From: Eledone cirrhosa
Taxonomy: Eukaryota
Assembly: GCA_964016885.1 (NCBI GenBank)
Contig: OZ024744.1
Location: 101,618,001 to 101,682,000 of the forward strand
DNA: 64,000 bases
Direction of reading: 5' to 3'
Position numbers and translations under genes: made by a program. The notes beneath the pieces are model-generated. The model was not told the origin of the DNA and ran no database searches. It saw nothing but the letters and a program-made list of their open reading frames with translations. Of the stretch, positions 24,144 to 36,359 are shown piece by piece (position 1 is the stretch's first letter; every line of letters starts with the position of its first letter).

Positions 24144-25093
24144 AGTCTAATTATTTACTGTCTATAGTTAGTCTAATACTTTCCAGTCTATAGTTAGTCT
24201 AATACTTTACAGTTTATAGTTAGTCTAATACTTTACTGTCTATAGTTAGTCTAATACTTTACAGCCTATAGTTAGTCTAATACTTTACTGTCTTATGAGA
24301 AGCTAAATATTATGGTCTTATAAGAAGCTAAGTATTATGGTCTTATAACAAGCTAAATATGGCCTTATGAGATGCTAACTATGGTCTTATGAGAAGATAA
24401 ATATTGTGGTCTTATGAGAAGATAAATATGGTTTTTATGAGAAACTAAATATTATGGTCTTATGAAAACTTAAATACTTATGAGAAGTTAAATATTATGT
24501 TCTTATGAGAAGCTAAATATGGTCTTATGTAAATTAAGATATTATGGTCTTATGAGAAGCTAAATACAGTTTTCTTATGAGAAGCTAAATATGGTCTTAT
24601 GAGAAGTTAAATCCAACCTTATGAGAAACTAAACATTATGGTCTCAGAAGCTAAATATTATGCCTGTATTAGAAGTTAAATATGGTCTTATGTGAAGCTA
24701 AATATTGTGTCATTATGAATAGCTCAATCTGGTCTTATGAGAAGTTAAAAGTTATAGTGTTATGAGAAGTTGAAAATTGTGGTCTTATGAGAAGTTAAAC
24801 ATTATTGTCTTATAAGAAGCTAATTATATTCTCATGCAGAACTAAATATGGTTTTATTGGAAGCTAGATAATACGGTCTTATGAGAAGCTAAATATTATG
24901 CTCTTATTAGAAGTTGAATATTAGGGTCTTGTGAGCATCTAAACATTATGGTCTTAACAGTAGCTCAATAATATGGTCTTGTGAGAAGCTGAATATTATT
25001 GTCTTATAGGAAGCTAAATATTATGGTCTTAAGAGAAACTAAATATGGTATTATGAGAAGCTTAATATTATGGTCTTATGAGAAGATAATTAT
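24144..25093 (+). repeat. Long cassette 1 (950 bp), subtype alpha: SatB 24144-24293 + ~800 bp SatC
   Basis: About 6 SatB units, then roughly 33-35 diverged 22/25-bp GGTCTTATGAGAAGCTAAATAT(TAT) units ending GAGAAGATAATTAT. Confidence 0.95.
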
Positions 25094-27980
25094 GTTTATT
25101 GTTGGCTTTGTTTATTGTTGGTTTGTTTATTGTTGGCTTTATTTATTGTTGGTTTGTTTATTACTGGCTTTGTTTATTGTTGGTTTGTTTATTGTTGGCT
25201 TTGTTTATTGTTGGTTTGTTTATTGTTGGTTTGTTTATTGTTGGCTTTGTTTATCGTTGGTCTATTTATTGTTGGCTTTGTATATTGTTGGTTTGTTTAT
25301 TGTTGGTTTGTTTATTGTTGGTTTGTTTTTTATTAGCTTTGTTTATTGTTGGCTTTGTTTATTGTTGGTTTGTTTATTGTTGGCTTTGTTTATTGTTGGT
25401 TTGTTTATTGTTGGTTTTGTGTATCGTTGGTTTGTTTATTGTTGGTTTGTTTATTGTTGGTTTGTTTATTATTAGCTTTGTTTATTGTTGGCTTCGTTTA
25501 TTGTTGGTATGTTTATTGTTGGTATGTTTATTGTTGGATTGTTTATTACTGGCTTTGTTTATTGTTGGTTTGTTTATTGTTGGCTTTGTTTATTGTTGGT
25601 TTATTTATTGTTGGCTTTGTTTATTTTTGGTTTGTTTATTGTTGGCTTTGTTTATTGTTGGTTTGTTTGTTGTTGGTTTGTTTATTGTTGGCTTTGTTTA
25701 TCGTTGGTTTATTTATTGTTGGCTTTGTTTATTGTTGGTTTGTTTATTGTTTGTTTGTTTATTGTTGGTTTGTTTATTATTAGCTTTGTTTATTGTTGGC
25801 TTTGTTTATTGTTGGTTTGTTTATTGTTGGCTTTGTGTATTGTTGGTTTGTTTATTGTTGGTTTATTTATTGTTGGTTTGTTTATTATTAGGTTTGTTTA
25901 TTGTTGGCTTTGTTTATTGTTGGTATGTTTATTGTTGGATTGTTTATTGTTGGCTTCGCTTATTATTGGCTTTGTTTAATGTTGGTTTGTTTATTGTTGG
26001 CTTTGTTTATTGTTGGTTTGTTTATTGATGGTTTGTTTATTGTTGGTTTGTTTATTGTTGGCTTTGTTTATTTTTGGTTTTTTTTATTGTTGGTTTGTTT
26101 ATTGTTGGCTTTGTTTATTGTTGGTTTTGTTTATTGTTGGTTTTTTTGTTGTTGGTTTGTTTATTGGTGGATTGTTTATTGTTGATTTGTTTATTGATGG
26201 ATTTGTTTATTGTTGGTTTGTGTATTGTTGGCTTTGTTTATTTTTGGTTTGTTTATTGTTGGCTTTAATTATTGCTGGTTTGTCTATTGTTCGCTTTGTT
26301 TATTGTTGGTTTGTTTATTGTTGGCTTTGTTTATTGTTGGTTTGTTTATTGTTGGTTTGTTTACTGATGGTGCGTTTATTGTTGGTTTGTATATTGTTGG
26401 CTTTGTTTATTGTTGGTTTGTTTATTGTTGGCATTGTTTATTTTTGGTTTGTTTATTACTGGATTTGTTTATTGTTGGTTTGTTTATTATTGGCTTTGTT
26501 TATTGTTGGTTTGTTTATTGTTGGTTTGTTTAGTGTTGGCTTTGTTTATTGTTGGTTTGCTTATTGTTGGCTTTGATTATTGTTGGTTTGTTTATTGTTG
26601 GCTTTGTTTATTATTGGTTTGTTTATTATTGGCTTTAATTATTGCTGGTTTGTCTATTGTTCGCTTTGTTTATTGTTGGTTTGTTTATTGTTGGCTTTGT
26701 TTATTGTTGGTTTGTTGCTTGTTGACTTTGTTTATTGTTTATTTGTTTATTGTTGGCTTTGTTTATTGTTGGTTTGTTTATTGTTGGCTTATTTATTGTT
26801 GGTTTGTTTATTACTGGCTTTGTTTATTGTTGGTTTGTTTATTGTTGGCTTTGTTTATTGTTGGTTTGTTTATTGTTCGCTTTCTTTATTGTTGGTTTGT
26901 TTATTATTGGCTTTGTTTATTGTTGGTTTGTTTATTGTTGGCTTTGTTTATTGTTGGTTTGTTCATTGTTGGCTTTGTTTATTGCTGGTTTGTTTATTGG
27001 TGGCTTTGTTTATTGTTGGTTTGTTTATTGTTGGTTTGTTTATTATTGGCTTTGTTTATTGTTGTTTTGCTTATTTGTGGCTTTGTTTATTGTTGGTTTG
27101 TTTATTGTTAGCTTTGTTTATTGTTGGTTTGTTTATTATTGGCTTTAATTATTGTTGGTTTGTCTATTGTTGGCTTTGTTTATTGTTGGTTTGTTTATTG
27201 TTGGCTTTGTTTATTGTGGGTTTGTTTATTGTTGGCTTTTTTTATTGTTGGTTTGTTATTGTTGGCTTTGTTTATTGTTCGTTTGTTTATTGTTGGTTTG
27301 TTTATTGTTGGCTTTGTTTATTGTTGGTTTGTTTATTGTTGGCTTTGTTTATTGTTGGTTTGTTTATTATTTGCTTTGTTTATTGTTGGTTTGTTTATTG
27401 TTGGCTTTGTTTATTTTTGGTTTGTTTATTACTGGCTTTGTTTATTGTTGGTTTGTTTATTGTCGGCTTTGTTTATTGTTGGTTTGTTTATTGTTGGATT
27501 TTTTATTGTTGGTTTGTTTATTGTTGGCTTTGTTTATTGTTGGTTTGTTTATTATTGGCTTTAATTATTGTTGGTTTGTCTATTGTTGGCTTTGTTTATT
27601 GTGGGTTTGTTTATTGTTGGCTTTGTTTATTGTTGCTTTCTTTATTGATGGCTTTGTTTATTGTTGATTTGTTTATTGTTGGTTTGTTTATTGTTGGTTT
27701 GTTTATTGTTGGCTTTGTTTATTCTTGGTTTGTTTATTGTTGGCATTGTCTATTGTTGGTTTCTTTATTGTTGGTTTTGTTTATTGTTGGTTTGCTTATC
27801 GTTAGCTTTGTTTGATGTTCGTTTATTTATTGTTAGTTTTGTTTATTGTTGGTTTCTTTATTGTTGGCTTTGTTTATTGTTGGTTTGTTTATTATTGGCT
27901 TTGTTTATTGTTGGTTTGTTTATTATTGGCTTTTTTATTGCTGGTTTGTTTATCGTTGGCTTTGTTTATTGTTGTCAGTC

Positions 27981-28930
27981 AGTCTAATTATTTACTGTCT
28001 ATAGTTAGTCTAATACTTTACAGTCTATAGTTAGTCTAATACTTTACAGTTTATAGTTAGTCTAATACTTTACTGTCTATAGTTAGTCTAATACTTTACA
28101 GCCTATAGTTAGTCTAATACTTTACTGTCTTATGAGAAGCTAAATATTATGGGCTTATGAGAAGCTAAGTATTATGGTCTTATGACAAGCTAAATATGGC
28201 CTTATGAGATGCTAACTATGGTCTTATGAGAAGATAAATATTGTGGTCTTATGAGAAGTTAAATATGGTTTTTATGAGAAGCTAAATATTATGGTCTTAT
28301 GAAAACTTAAATACTTATGAGAAGTTAAATATTATGGTCTTATGAGAAGCTAAATATGGTCTTATGTAAATTTAGATATTATGGTCTTATGAGAAGCTAA
28401 ATACAGTGTTCTTATGAGAAGCTAAATATGGTCTTATGAGAAGTAAAATCCAACCTGATGAGAAACTAAACTTTATGGTCTCAGAAGCTAAATATTATGC
28501 CTGTATTAGAAGTTAAATATGGTCTTATGTGAAGCTAAATATTGTGTCATTATGAATGGCTCAATCTGGTCTTATGAGAAGTTAAAAGTTATAGTCTTAT
28601 GAGAAGTTGAAAATTGCGGTCTTATGAGAAGTTAAACATTATTGTCTTATAAGAAGCTAATTATATTCTCATGCAGAACTAAATATGGTTTTATTGGAAG
28701 CTAGATAATACGGTCTTATGAGAAGCTAAATATTATGCTCTTATTAGAAGTTGAATATTAGGGTCTTGTGAGCATCTAAACATTATGGTCTTAACAGTAG
28801 CTCAATAATATGGTCTTGTGAGAAGCTGAATATTATTGTCTTATAGGAAGCTAAATATTATGGTCTTATGAGAAACTAAATATGGTCTTATGAGAAGCTT
28901 AATATTATGGTCTTATGAGAAGATAATTAT
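27981..28930 (+). repeat. Long cassette 2 (950 bp), subtype beta
   Basis: Colinear with long cassette 1. Beta alleles ATGGGCTTATGAG, CCTGATGAG, GAATGGCTC and AATTGCGG. Confidence 0.95.
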
Positions 28931-31573
28931 GTTTATTGTTGGCTTTGTTTATTCTTGGTTTGTTTATTGTTGGCTTTATTTATTGTTGGTTTGTTTATTA
29001 CTGGCTTTGTTTATTGTTGGTTTGTTTATTGTTGGCTTTGTTTATTGTTGGTTTATTTATTGTTGGCTTTGTTTATTGTTGGTTTGTTTATTGTTGGCTT
29101 TGTTTATTGTTGGTTTGTTTGTTGTTGGTTTGTTTATTGTTGGCTTTGTTTATCGTTGGTTTATTTATTGTTGGCTTTGTTTATTGTTGGTTTGTTTATT
29201 GTTTGTTTGTTTATTGTTGGTTTGTTTATTATTAGCTTTGTTTATTGTTGGCTTTGTTTATTGTTGGTTTGTTTATTGTTGGCTTTGTTTATTTTTGGTT
29301 TGTTTATTACTGGCTTTGTTTATTGTTGGTTTGTTTATTATTGGCTTTGTTTATTGTTGGTTTGTTTATTGTTGGTTTGTTTAGTGTTGGCTTTGTTTAT
29401 TGTTGGTTTGCGTATTGTTGGCTTTGATTATTGTTGGTTTGTTTATTGTTGGCTTTGTTTATTGTTGGTTTGTTTATTGCTGGCTTTGTTTAATGTTGGT
29501 TTGTTTATTGTTGGCTTTGTTTATTGTTGGTTTGTTTCTTGTTGACTTTGTTTATTGTTTATTTGTTTATTGTTGGCTTTGTTTATTGTTGGTTTGTTTA
29601 TTGCTGGCTTTGTTTATTGTTGGTTTGTTTATTGCTGGCTTTGTTTAATGTTGGTTTGTTTATTGTTGGCTTTGTTTATTGTTGGTTTGTTTCTTGTTGA
29701 CTTTGTTTATTGTTTATTTGTTTATTGTTGGCTTTGTTTATTGTTGGTTTGTTTATTGTTGGCTTATTTATTGTTGGTTTGTTTATTACTGGCTTTGTTT
29801 ATTGTTGGTTTGTTTATTGTTGGCTTTGTTTATTGTTGGTTTGTTTATTGTTGGTTTGTTTACTGATGGTGCGTTTATTGTTGGTTTGTTTATTGTTGGC
29901 TTTGTTTATTGTAGGTTTGTTTATTGTTGGCATTGTTTATTTTTGGTTTGTTTATTACTGGCTTTTTTATTGTTGGTTTGTTTATTATTGGCTTTGTTTA
30001 TTGTTGGTTTGTTTATTGTTGGTTTGTTTAGTGTTGGCTTTGTTTATTGTTGGTTTGCTTATTGTTGGCTTTGATTATTGTTGGTTTGTTTATTGTTGGC
30101 TTTGTTTATTGTTGGTTTGTTTATTATTGGCTTTAATTATTGCTGGTTTGTCTATTGTTCGCTTTGTTTATTGTTGGTTTGTTTATTGTTGGCTTTGTTT
30201 ATTGTTGGTTTGTTTATTGTTGGCTTTGTGCATTGTTGGTTTGTTTATTGATGGCTTTGTTTATTGTTGGTTTGTTTATTGTTGGTTTGTTTATTGTTGG
30301 TTTTGATTATTTTTGCTTTGTTTATTGTCGGCTTTGTTTATTGTTGGTTTGTTTATTGTTGCTTTGTTTAATGTTGGGTTTGTTTATTGTTGGTTTGTTT
30401 ATTGTTGGCTATGTTTATTGTTGGTTTGTTTATTGTTGGCTTTGTTTATTATTGGCTTTGTTTATTGTTGGTTTGTTTATTGTTGGTTTGTTTATTGTTG
30501 GTTTGTTTATTGTTGGCTTTGTTCATTGTTGGCTTTGTTTATTGCTGGCTTTGTATAAAGTAAGTTTGTTTATTGTTGGCTTTGTTTATTTTTGGTTTGT
30601 TTATTGTTGGCTTTGTTTATTGTTGATTTGTTTATTTTTGGCTTTTTTTATTGTTGGTTTGTTTATTGTTGGCTTTCTTTATTGTTGGTTTGTTTATTGT
30701 TGGTTTGTTTATTGTTGGCTTTATTTATTGTTGGTTTGTTTATTGTTGGCTTTGTTTCTGGTTGGTTTTTTATTATTGGCTTTGTTTATTTTTGTTTTGT
30801 TTATTGTTGGCTTTGTATATTTTTGGTTTGTTTATATACTGGCTTTGTTTATTGTTGGTTTGTTTATTTTTGGCTTTGTTTATAGTTGGTTTGTTTATTG
30901 TTGGTTTGTTTATTGTTGGCTTTGTTTATTGTTGGTTTGTTTATTGCTGGCTTTGTTTAATTCTAGTTTGTTTATTGTTGGCTTTGTTTATTTTTTGTTT
31001 GTTTATTGTTGGCTTTGTTTATTGTTGGTTTGTTTATTGTTGGTTTGTTTATTGTTGGCTTTGTTTATTGTTGGTTTGTTTATTGTTGGCTTTTTTTATT
31101 GTTGGTTTGTTTATTGTTGGCTTTGTTTATTGTTGGTTTGTTTATTATTGGCTTTAATTATTGTTGGTTTGTCTATTGTTGGCTTTGTTTATTGTGGGTT
31201 TGTTTATTGTTGGCTTTGTTTATTGTTGCTTTCTTTATTGATGGCTTTGTTTATTGTTGATTTGTTTATTGTTGGTTTGTTTATTGTTGGTTTGTTTATT
31301 GTTGGCTTTGTTTATTCTTGGTTTGTTTATTGTTGGCATTGTCTATTGTTGGTTTCTTTATTGTTGGTTTTGTTTATTGTTGGTTTGCTTATCGTTAGCT
31401 TTGTTTGATGTTCGTTTATTTATTGTTAGTTTTGTTTATTGTTGGTTTCTTTATTGTTGGCTTTGTTTATTGTTGGTTTGTTTATTATTGGCTTTGTTTA
31501 TTGTTGGTTTGTTTATTATTGGCTTTTTTATTGCTGGTTTGTTTATCGTTGGCTTTGTTTATTGTTGTCAGTC

Positions 31574-32523
31574 AGTCTAATTATTTACTGTCTATAGTTA
31601 GTCTAATACTTTCCAGTCTATAGTTAGTCTAATACTTTACAGTTTATAGTTAGTCTAATACTTTACTGTCTATAGTTAGTCTAATACTTTACAGCCTATA
31701 GTTAGTCTAATACTTTACTGTCTTATGAGAAGCTAAATATTATGGTCTTATAAGAAGCTAAGTATTATGGTCTTATAACAAGCTAAATATGGCCTTATGA
31801 GATGCTAACTATGGTCTTATGAGAAGATAAATATTGTGGTCTTATGAGAAGATAAATATGGTTTTTATGAGAAACTAAATATTATGGTCTTATGAAAACT
31901 TAAATACTTATGAGAAGTTAAATATTATGTTCTTATGAGAAGCTAAATATGGTCTTATGTAAATTAAGATATTATGGTCTTATGAGAAGCTAAATACAGT
32001 TTTCTTATGAGAAGCTAAATATGGTCTTATGAGAAGTTAAATCCAACCTTATGAGAAACTAAACATTATGGTCTCAGAAGCTAAATATTATGCCTGTATT
32101 AGAAGTTAAATATGGTCTTATGTGAAGCTAAATATTGTGTCATTATGAATAGCTCAATCTGGTCTTATGAGAAGTTAAAAGTTATAGTCTTATGAGAAGT
32201 TGAAAATTGTGGTCTTATGAGAAGTTAAACATTATTGTCTTATAAGAAGCTAATTATATTCTCATGCAGAACTAAATATGGTTTTATTGGAAGCTAGATA
32301 ATACGGTCTTATGAGAAGCTAAATATTATGCTCTTATTAGAAGTTGAATATTAGGGTCTTGTGAGCATCTAAACATTATGGTCTTAACAGTAGCTCAATA
32401 ATATGGTCTTGTGAGAAGCTGAATATTATTGTCTTATAGGAAGCTAAATATTATGGTCTTATGAGAAACTAAATATGGTCTTATGAGAAGCTTAATATTA
32501 TGGTCTTATGAGAAGATAATTAT
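31574..32523 (+). repeat. Long cassette 3 (950 bp), subtype alpha
   Basis: Offset 7430 from long cassette 1. Alpha alleles TTTCCAG, TCTTATAAGA and ATTATGTTCTT. Confidence 0.95.
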
Positions 32524-35409
32524 GTTTATTGTTGGCTTTGTTTATTGTTGGTTTGTTTATTGTTGGCTTTATTTATTGTTGGTTTGTTTATTACTGGCTT
32601 TGTTTATTGTTGGTTTGTTTATTGTTGGCTTTGTTTATTGTTGGTTTGTTTATTGTTGGTTTGTTTATTGTTGGCTTTGTTTATCGTTGGTCTATTTATT
32701 GTTGGCTTTGTATATTGTTGGTTTGTTTATTGTTGGTTTGTTTATTGTTGGTTTGTTTTTTATTAGCTTTGTTTATTGTTGGCTTTGTTTATTGTTGGTT
32801 TGTTTATTGTTGGCTTTGTTTATTGTTGGTTTGTTTATTGTTGGTTTTGTGTATCGTTGGTTTGTTTATTGTTGGTTTGTTTATTGTTGGTTTGTTTATT
32901 ATTAGCTTTGTTTATTGTTGGCTTCGTTTATTGTTGGTATGTTTATTGTTGGTATGTTTATTGTTGGATTGTTTATTACTGGCTTTGTTTATTGTTGGTT
33001 TGTTTATTGTTGGCTTTGTTTATTGTTGGTTTATTTATTGTTGGCTTTGTTTATTGTTGGTTTGTTTATTGTTGGCTTTGTTTATTGTTGGTTTGTTTGT
33101 TGTTGGTTTGTTTATTGTTGGCTTTGTTTATCGTTGGTTTATTTATTGTTGGCTTTGTTTATTGTTGGTTTGTTTATTGTTTGTTTGTTTATTGTTGGTT
33201 TGTTTATTATTAGCTTTGTTTATTGTTGGCTTTGTTTATTGTTGGTTTGTTTATTGTTGGCTTTGTGTATTGTTGGTTTGTTTATTGTTGGTTTATTTAT
33301 TGTTGGTTTGTTTATTATTAGGTTTGTTTATTGTTGGCTTTGTTTATTGTTGGTATGTTTATTGTTGGATTGTTTATTGTTGGCTTCGCTTATTATTGGC
33401 TTTGTTTAATGTTGGTTTGTTTATTGTTGGCTTTGTTTATTGTTGGTTTGTTTATTGATGGTTTGTTTATTGTTGGTTTGTTTATTGTTGGCTTTGTTTA
33501 TTTTTGGTTTTTTTATTGTTGGTTTGTTTATTGTTGGCTTTGTTTATTGTTGGTTTTGTTTATTGTTGGTTTTTTTGTTGTTGGTTTGTTTATTGGTGGA
33601 TTGTTTATTGTTGATTTGTTTATTGATGGATTTGTTTATTGTTGGTTTGTGTATTGTTGGCTTTGTTTATTTTTGGTTTGTTTATTGTTGGCTTTAATTA
33701 TTGCTGGTTTGTCTATTGTTCGCTTTGTTTATTGTTGGTTTGTTTATTGTTGGCTTTGTTTATTGTTGGTTTGTTTATTGTTGGTTTGTTTACTGATGGT
33801 GCGTTTATTGTTGGTTTGTATATTGTTGGCTTTGTTTATTGTTGGTTTGTTTATTGTTGGCATTGTTTATTTTTGGTTTGTTTATTACTGGATTTGTTTA
33901 TTGTTGGTTTGTTTATTATTGGCTTTGTTTATTGTTGGTTTGTTTATTGTTGGTTTGTTTAGTGTTGGCTTTGTTTATTGTTGGTTTGCTTATTGTTGGC
34001 TTTGATTATTGTTGGTTTGTTTATTGTTGGCTTTGTTTATTATTGGTTTGTTTATTATTGGCTTTAATTATTGCTGGTTTGTCTATTGTTCGCTTTGTTT
34101 ATTGTTGGTTTGTTTATTGTTGGCTTTGTTTATTGTTGGTTTGTTGCTTGTTGACTTTGTTTATTGTTTATTTGTTTATTGTTGGCTTTGTTTATTGTTG
34201 GTTTGTTTATTGTTGGCTTATTTATTGTTGGTTTGTTTATTACTGGCTTTGTTTATTGTTGGTTTGTTTATTGTTGGCTTTGTTTATTGTTGGTTTGTTT
34301 ATTGTTCGCTTTCTTTATTGTTGGTTTGTTTATTATTGGCTTTGTTTATTGTTGGTTTGTTTATTGTTGGCTTTGTTTATTGTTGGTTTGTTCATTGTTG
34401 GCTTTGTTTATTGCTGGTTTGCTTATTGGTGGCTTTGTTTATTGTTGGTTTGTTTATTGTTGGTTTGTTTATTATTGGCTTTGTTTATTGTTGTTTTGCT
34501 TATTTGTGGCTTTGTTTATTGTTGGTTTGTTTATTGTTAGCTTTGTTTATTGTTGGTTTGTTTATTATTGGCTTTAATTATTGTTGGTTTGTCTATTGTT
34601 GGCTTTGTTTATTGTTGGTTTGTTTATTGTTGGCTTTGTTTATTGTGGGTTTGTTTATTGTTGGCTTTTTTTATTGTTGGTTTGTTATTGTTGGCTTTGT
34701 TTATTGTTCGTTTGTTTATTGTTGGTTTGTTTATTGTTGGCTTTGTTTATTGTTGGTTTGTTTATTGTTGGCTTTGTTTATTGTTGGTTTGTTTATTATT
34801 TGCTTTGTTTATTGTTGGTTTGTTTATTGTTGGCTTTGTTTATTTTTGGTTTGTTTATTACTGGCTTTGTTTATTGTTGGTTTGTTTATTGTCGGCTTTG
34901 TTTATTGTTGGTTTGTTTATTGTTGGATTTTTTATTGTTGGTTTGTTTATTGTTGGCTTTGTTTATTGTTGGTTTGTTTATTATTGGCTTTAATTATTGT
35001 TGGTTTGTCTATTGTTGGCTTTGTTTATTGTGGGTTTGTTTATTGTTGGCTTTGTTTATTGTTGCTTTCTTTATTGATGGCTTTGTTTATTGTTGATTTG
35101 TTTATTGTTGGTTTGTTTATTGTTGGTTTGTTTATTGTTGGCTTTGTTTATTCTTGGTTTGTTTATTGTTGGCATTGTCTATTGTTGGTTTCTTTATTGT
35201 TGGTTTTGTTTATTGTTGGTTTGCTTATCGTTAGCTTTGTTTGATGTTCGTTTATTTATTGTTAGTTTTGTTTATTGTTGGTTTCTTTATTGTTGGCTTT
35301 GTTTATTGTTGGTTTGTTTATTATTGGCTTTGTTTATTGTTGGTTTGTTTATTATTGGCTTTTTTATTGCTGGTTTGTTTATCGTTGGCTTTGTTTATTG
35401 TTGTCAGTC

Positions 35410-36359
35410 AGTCTAATTATTTACTGTCTATAGTTAGTCTAATACTTTACAGTCTATAGTTAGTCTAATACTTTACAGTTTATAGTTAGTCTAATACTTT
35501 ACTGTCTATAGTTAGTCTAATACTTTACAGCCTATAGTTAGTCTAATACTTTACTGTCTTATGAGAAGCTAAATATTATGGGCTTATGAGAAGCTAAGTA
35601 TTATGGTCTTATGACAAGCTAAATATGGCCTTATGAGATGCTAACTATGGTCTTATGAGAAGATAAATATTGTGGTCTTATGAGAAGATAAATATGGTTT
35701 TTATGAGAAGCTAAATATTATGGTCTTATGAAAACTTAAATACTTATGAGAAGTTAAATATTATGGTCTTATGAGAAGCTAAATATGGTCTTATGTAAAT
35801 TTAGATATTATGGTCTTATGAGAAGCTAAATACAGTGTTCTTATGAGAAGCTAAATATGGTCTTATGAGAAGTTAAATCCAACCTGATGAGAAACTAAAC
35901 TTTATGGTCTCAGAAGCTAAATATTATGCCTGTATTAGAAGTTAAATATGGTCTTATGTGAAGCTAAATATTGTGTCATTATGAATGGCTCAATCTGGTC
36001 TTATGAGAAGTTAAAAGTTATAGTCTTATGAGAAGTTGAAAATTGCGGTCTTATGAGAAGTTAAACATTATTGTCTTATAAGAAGCTAATTATATTCTCA
36101 TGCAGAACTAAATATGGTTTTATTGGAAGCTAGATAATACGGTCTTATGAGAAGCTAAATATTATGCTCTTATTAGAAGTTGAATATTAGGGTCTTGTGA
36201 GCATCTAAACATTATGGTCTTAACAGTAGCTCAATAATATGGTCTTGTGAGAAGCTGAATATTATTGTCTTATAGGAAGCTAAATATTATGGTCTTATGA
36301 GAAACTAAATATGGTCTTATGAGAAGCTTAATATTATGGTCTTATGAGAAGATAATTAT
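35410..36359 (+). repeat. Long cassette 4 (950 bp), subtype beta
   Basis: Offset 7429 from long cassette 2. Beta alleles present. Confidence 0.95.

Noticed and set aside
24291-25093. CRISPR-like appearance of SatC and SatB (short partly palindromic repeats)
   Set aside because: The units are directly adjacent with no unique spacers, whole blocks are duplicated, and there are no cas genes or leader.
24137-25093. Cassette as a MITE or Helitron/Helentron (DINE-1-like) element, prompted by GTCAGTCAGTCT and internal tandem repeats
   Set aside because: I found no terminal or subterminal inverted repeats, 3' hairpin or target-site duplication. All copies share the same flanks, which points to tandem amplification. 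A remote TE origin cannot be excluded without a repeat-library search.
28890-29384. ATG-initiated MRSLILWSYEKIIMFIVG... ORF at the exit of each long cassette
   Set aside because: The ATG is part of the SatC core (TTATGAGA) present in most units. The downstream length varies (140-190 aa) with spacer indels.
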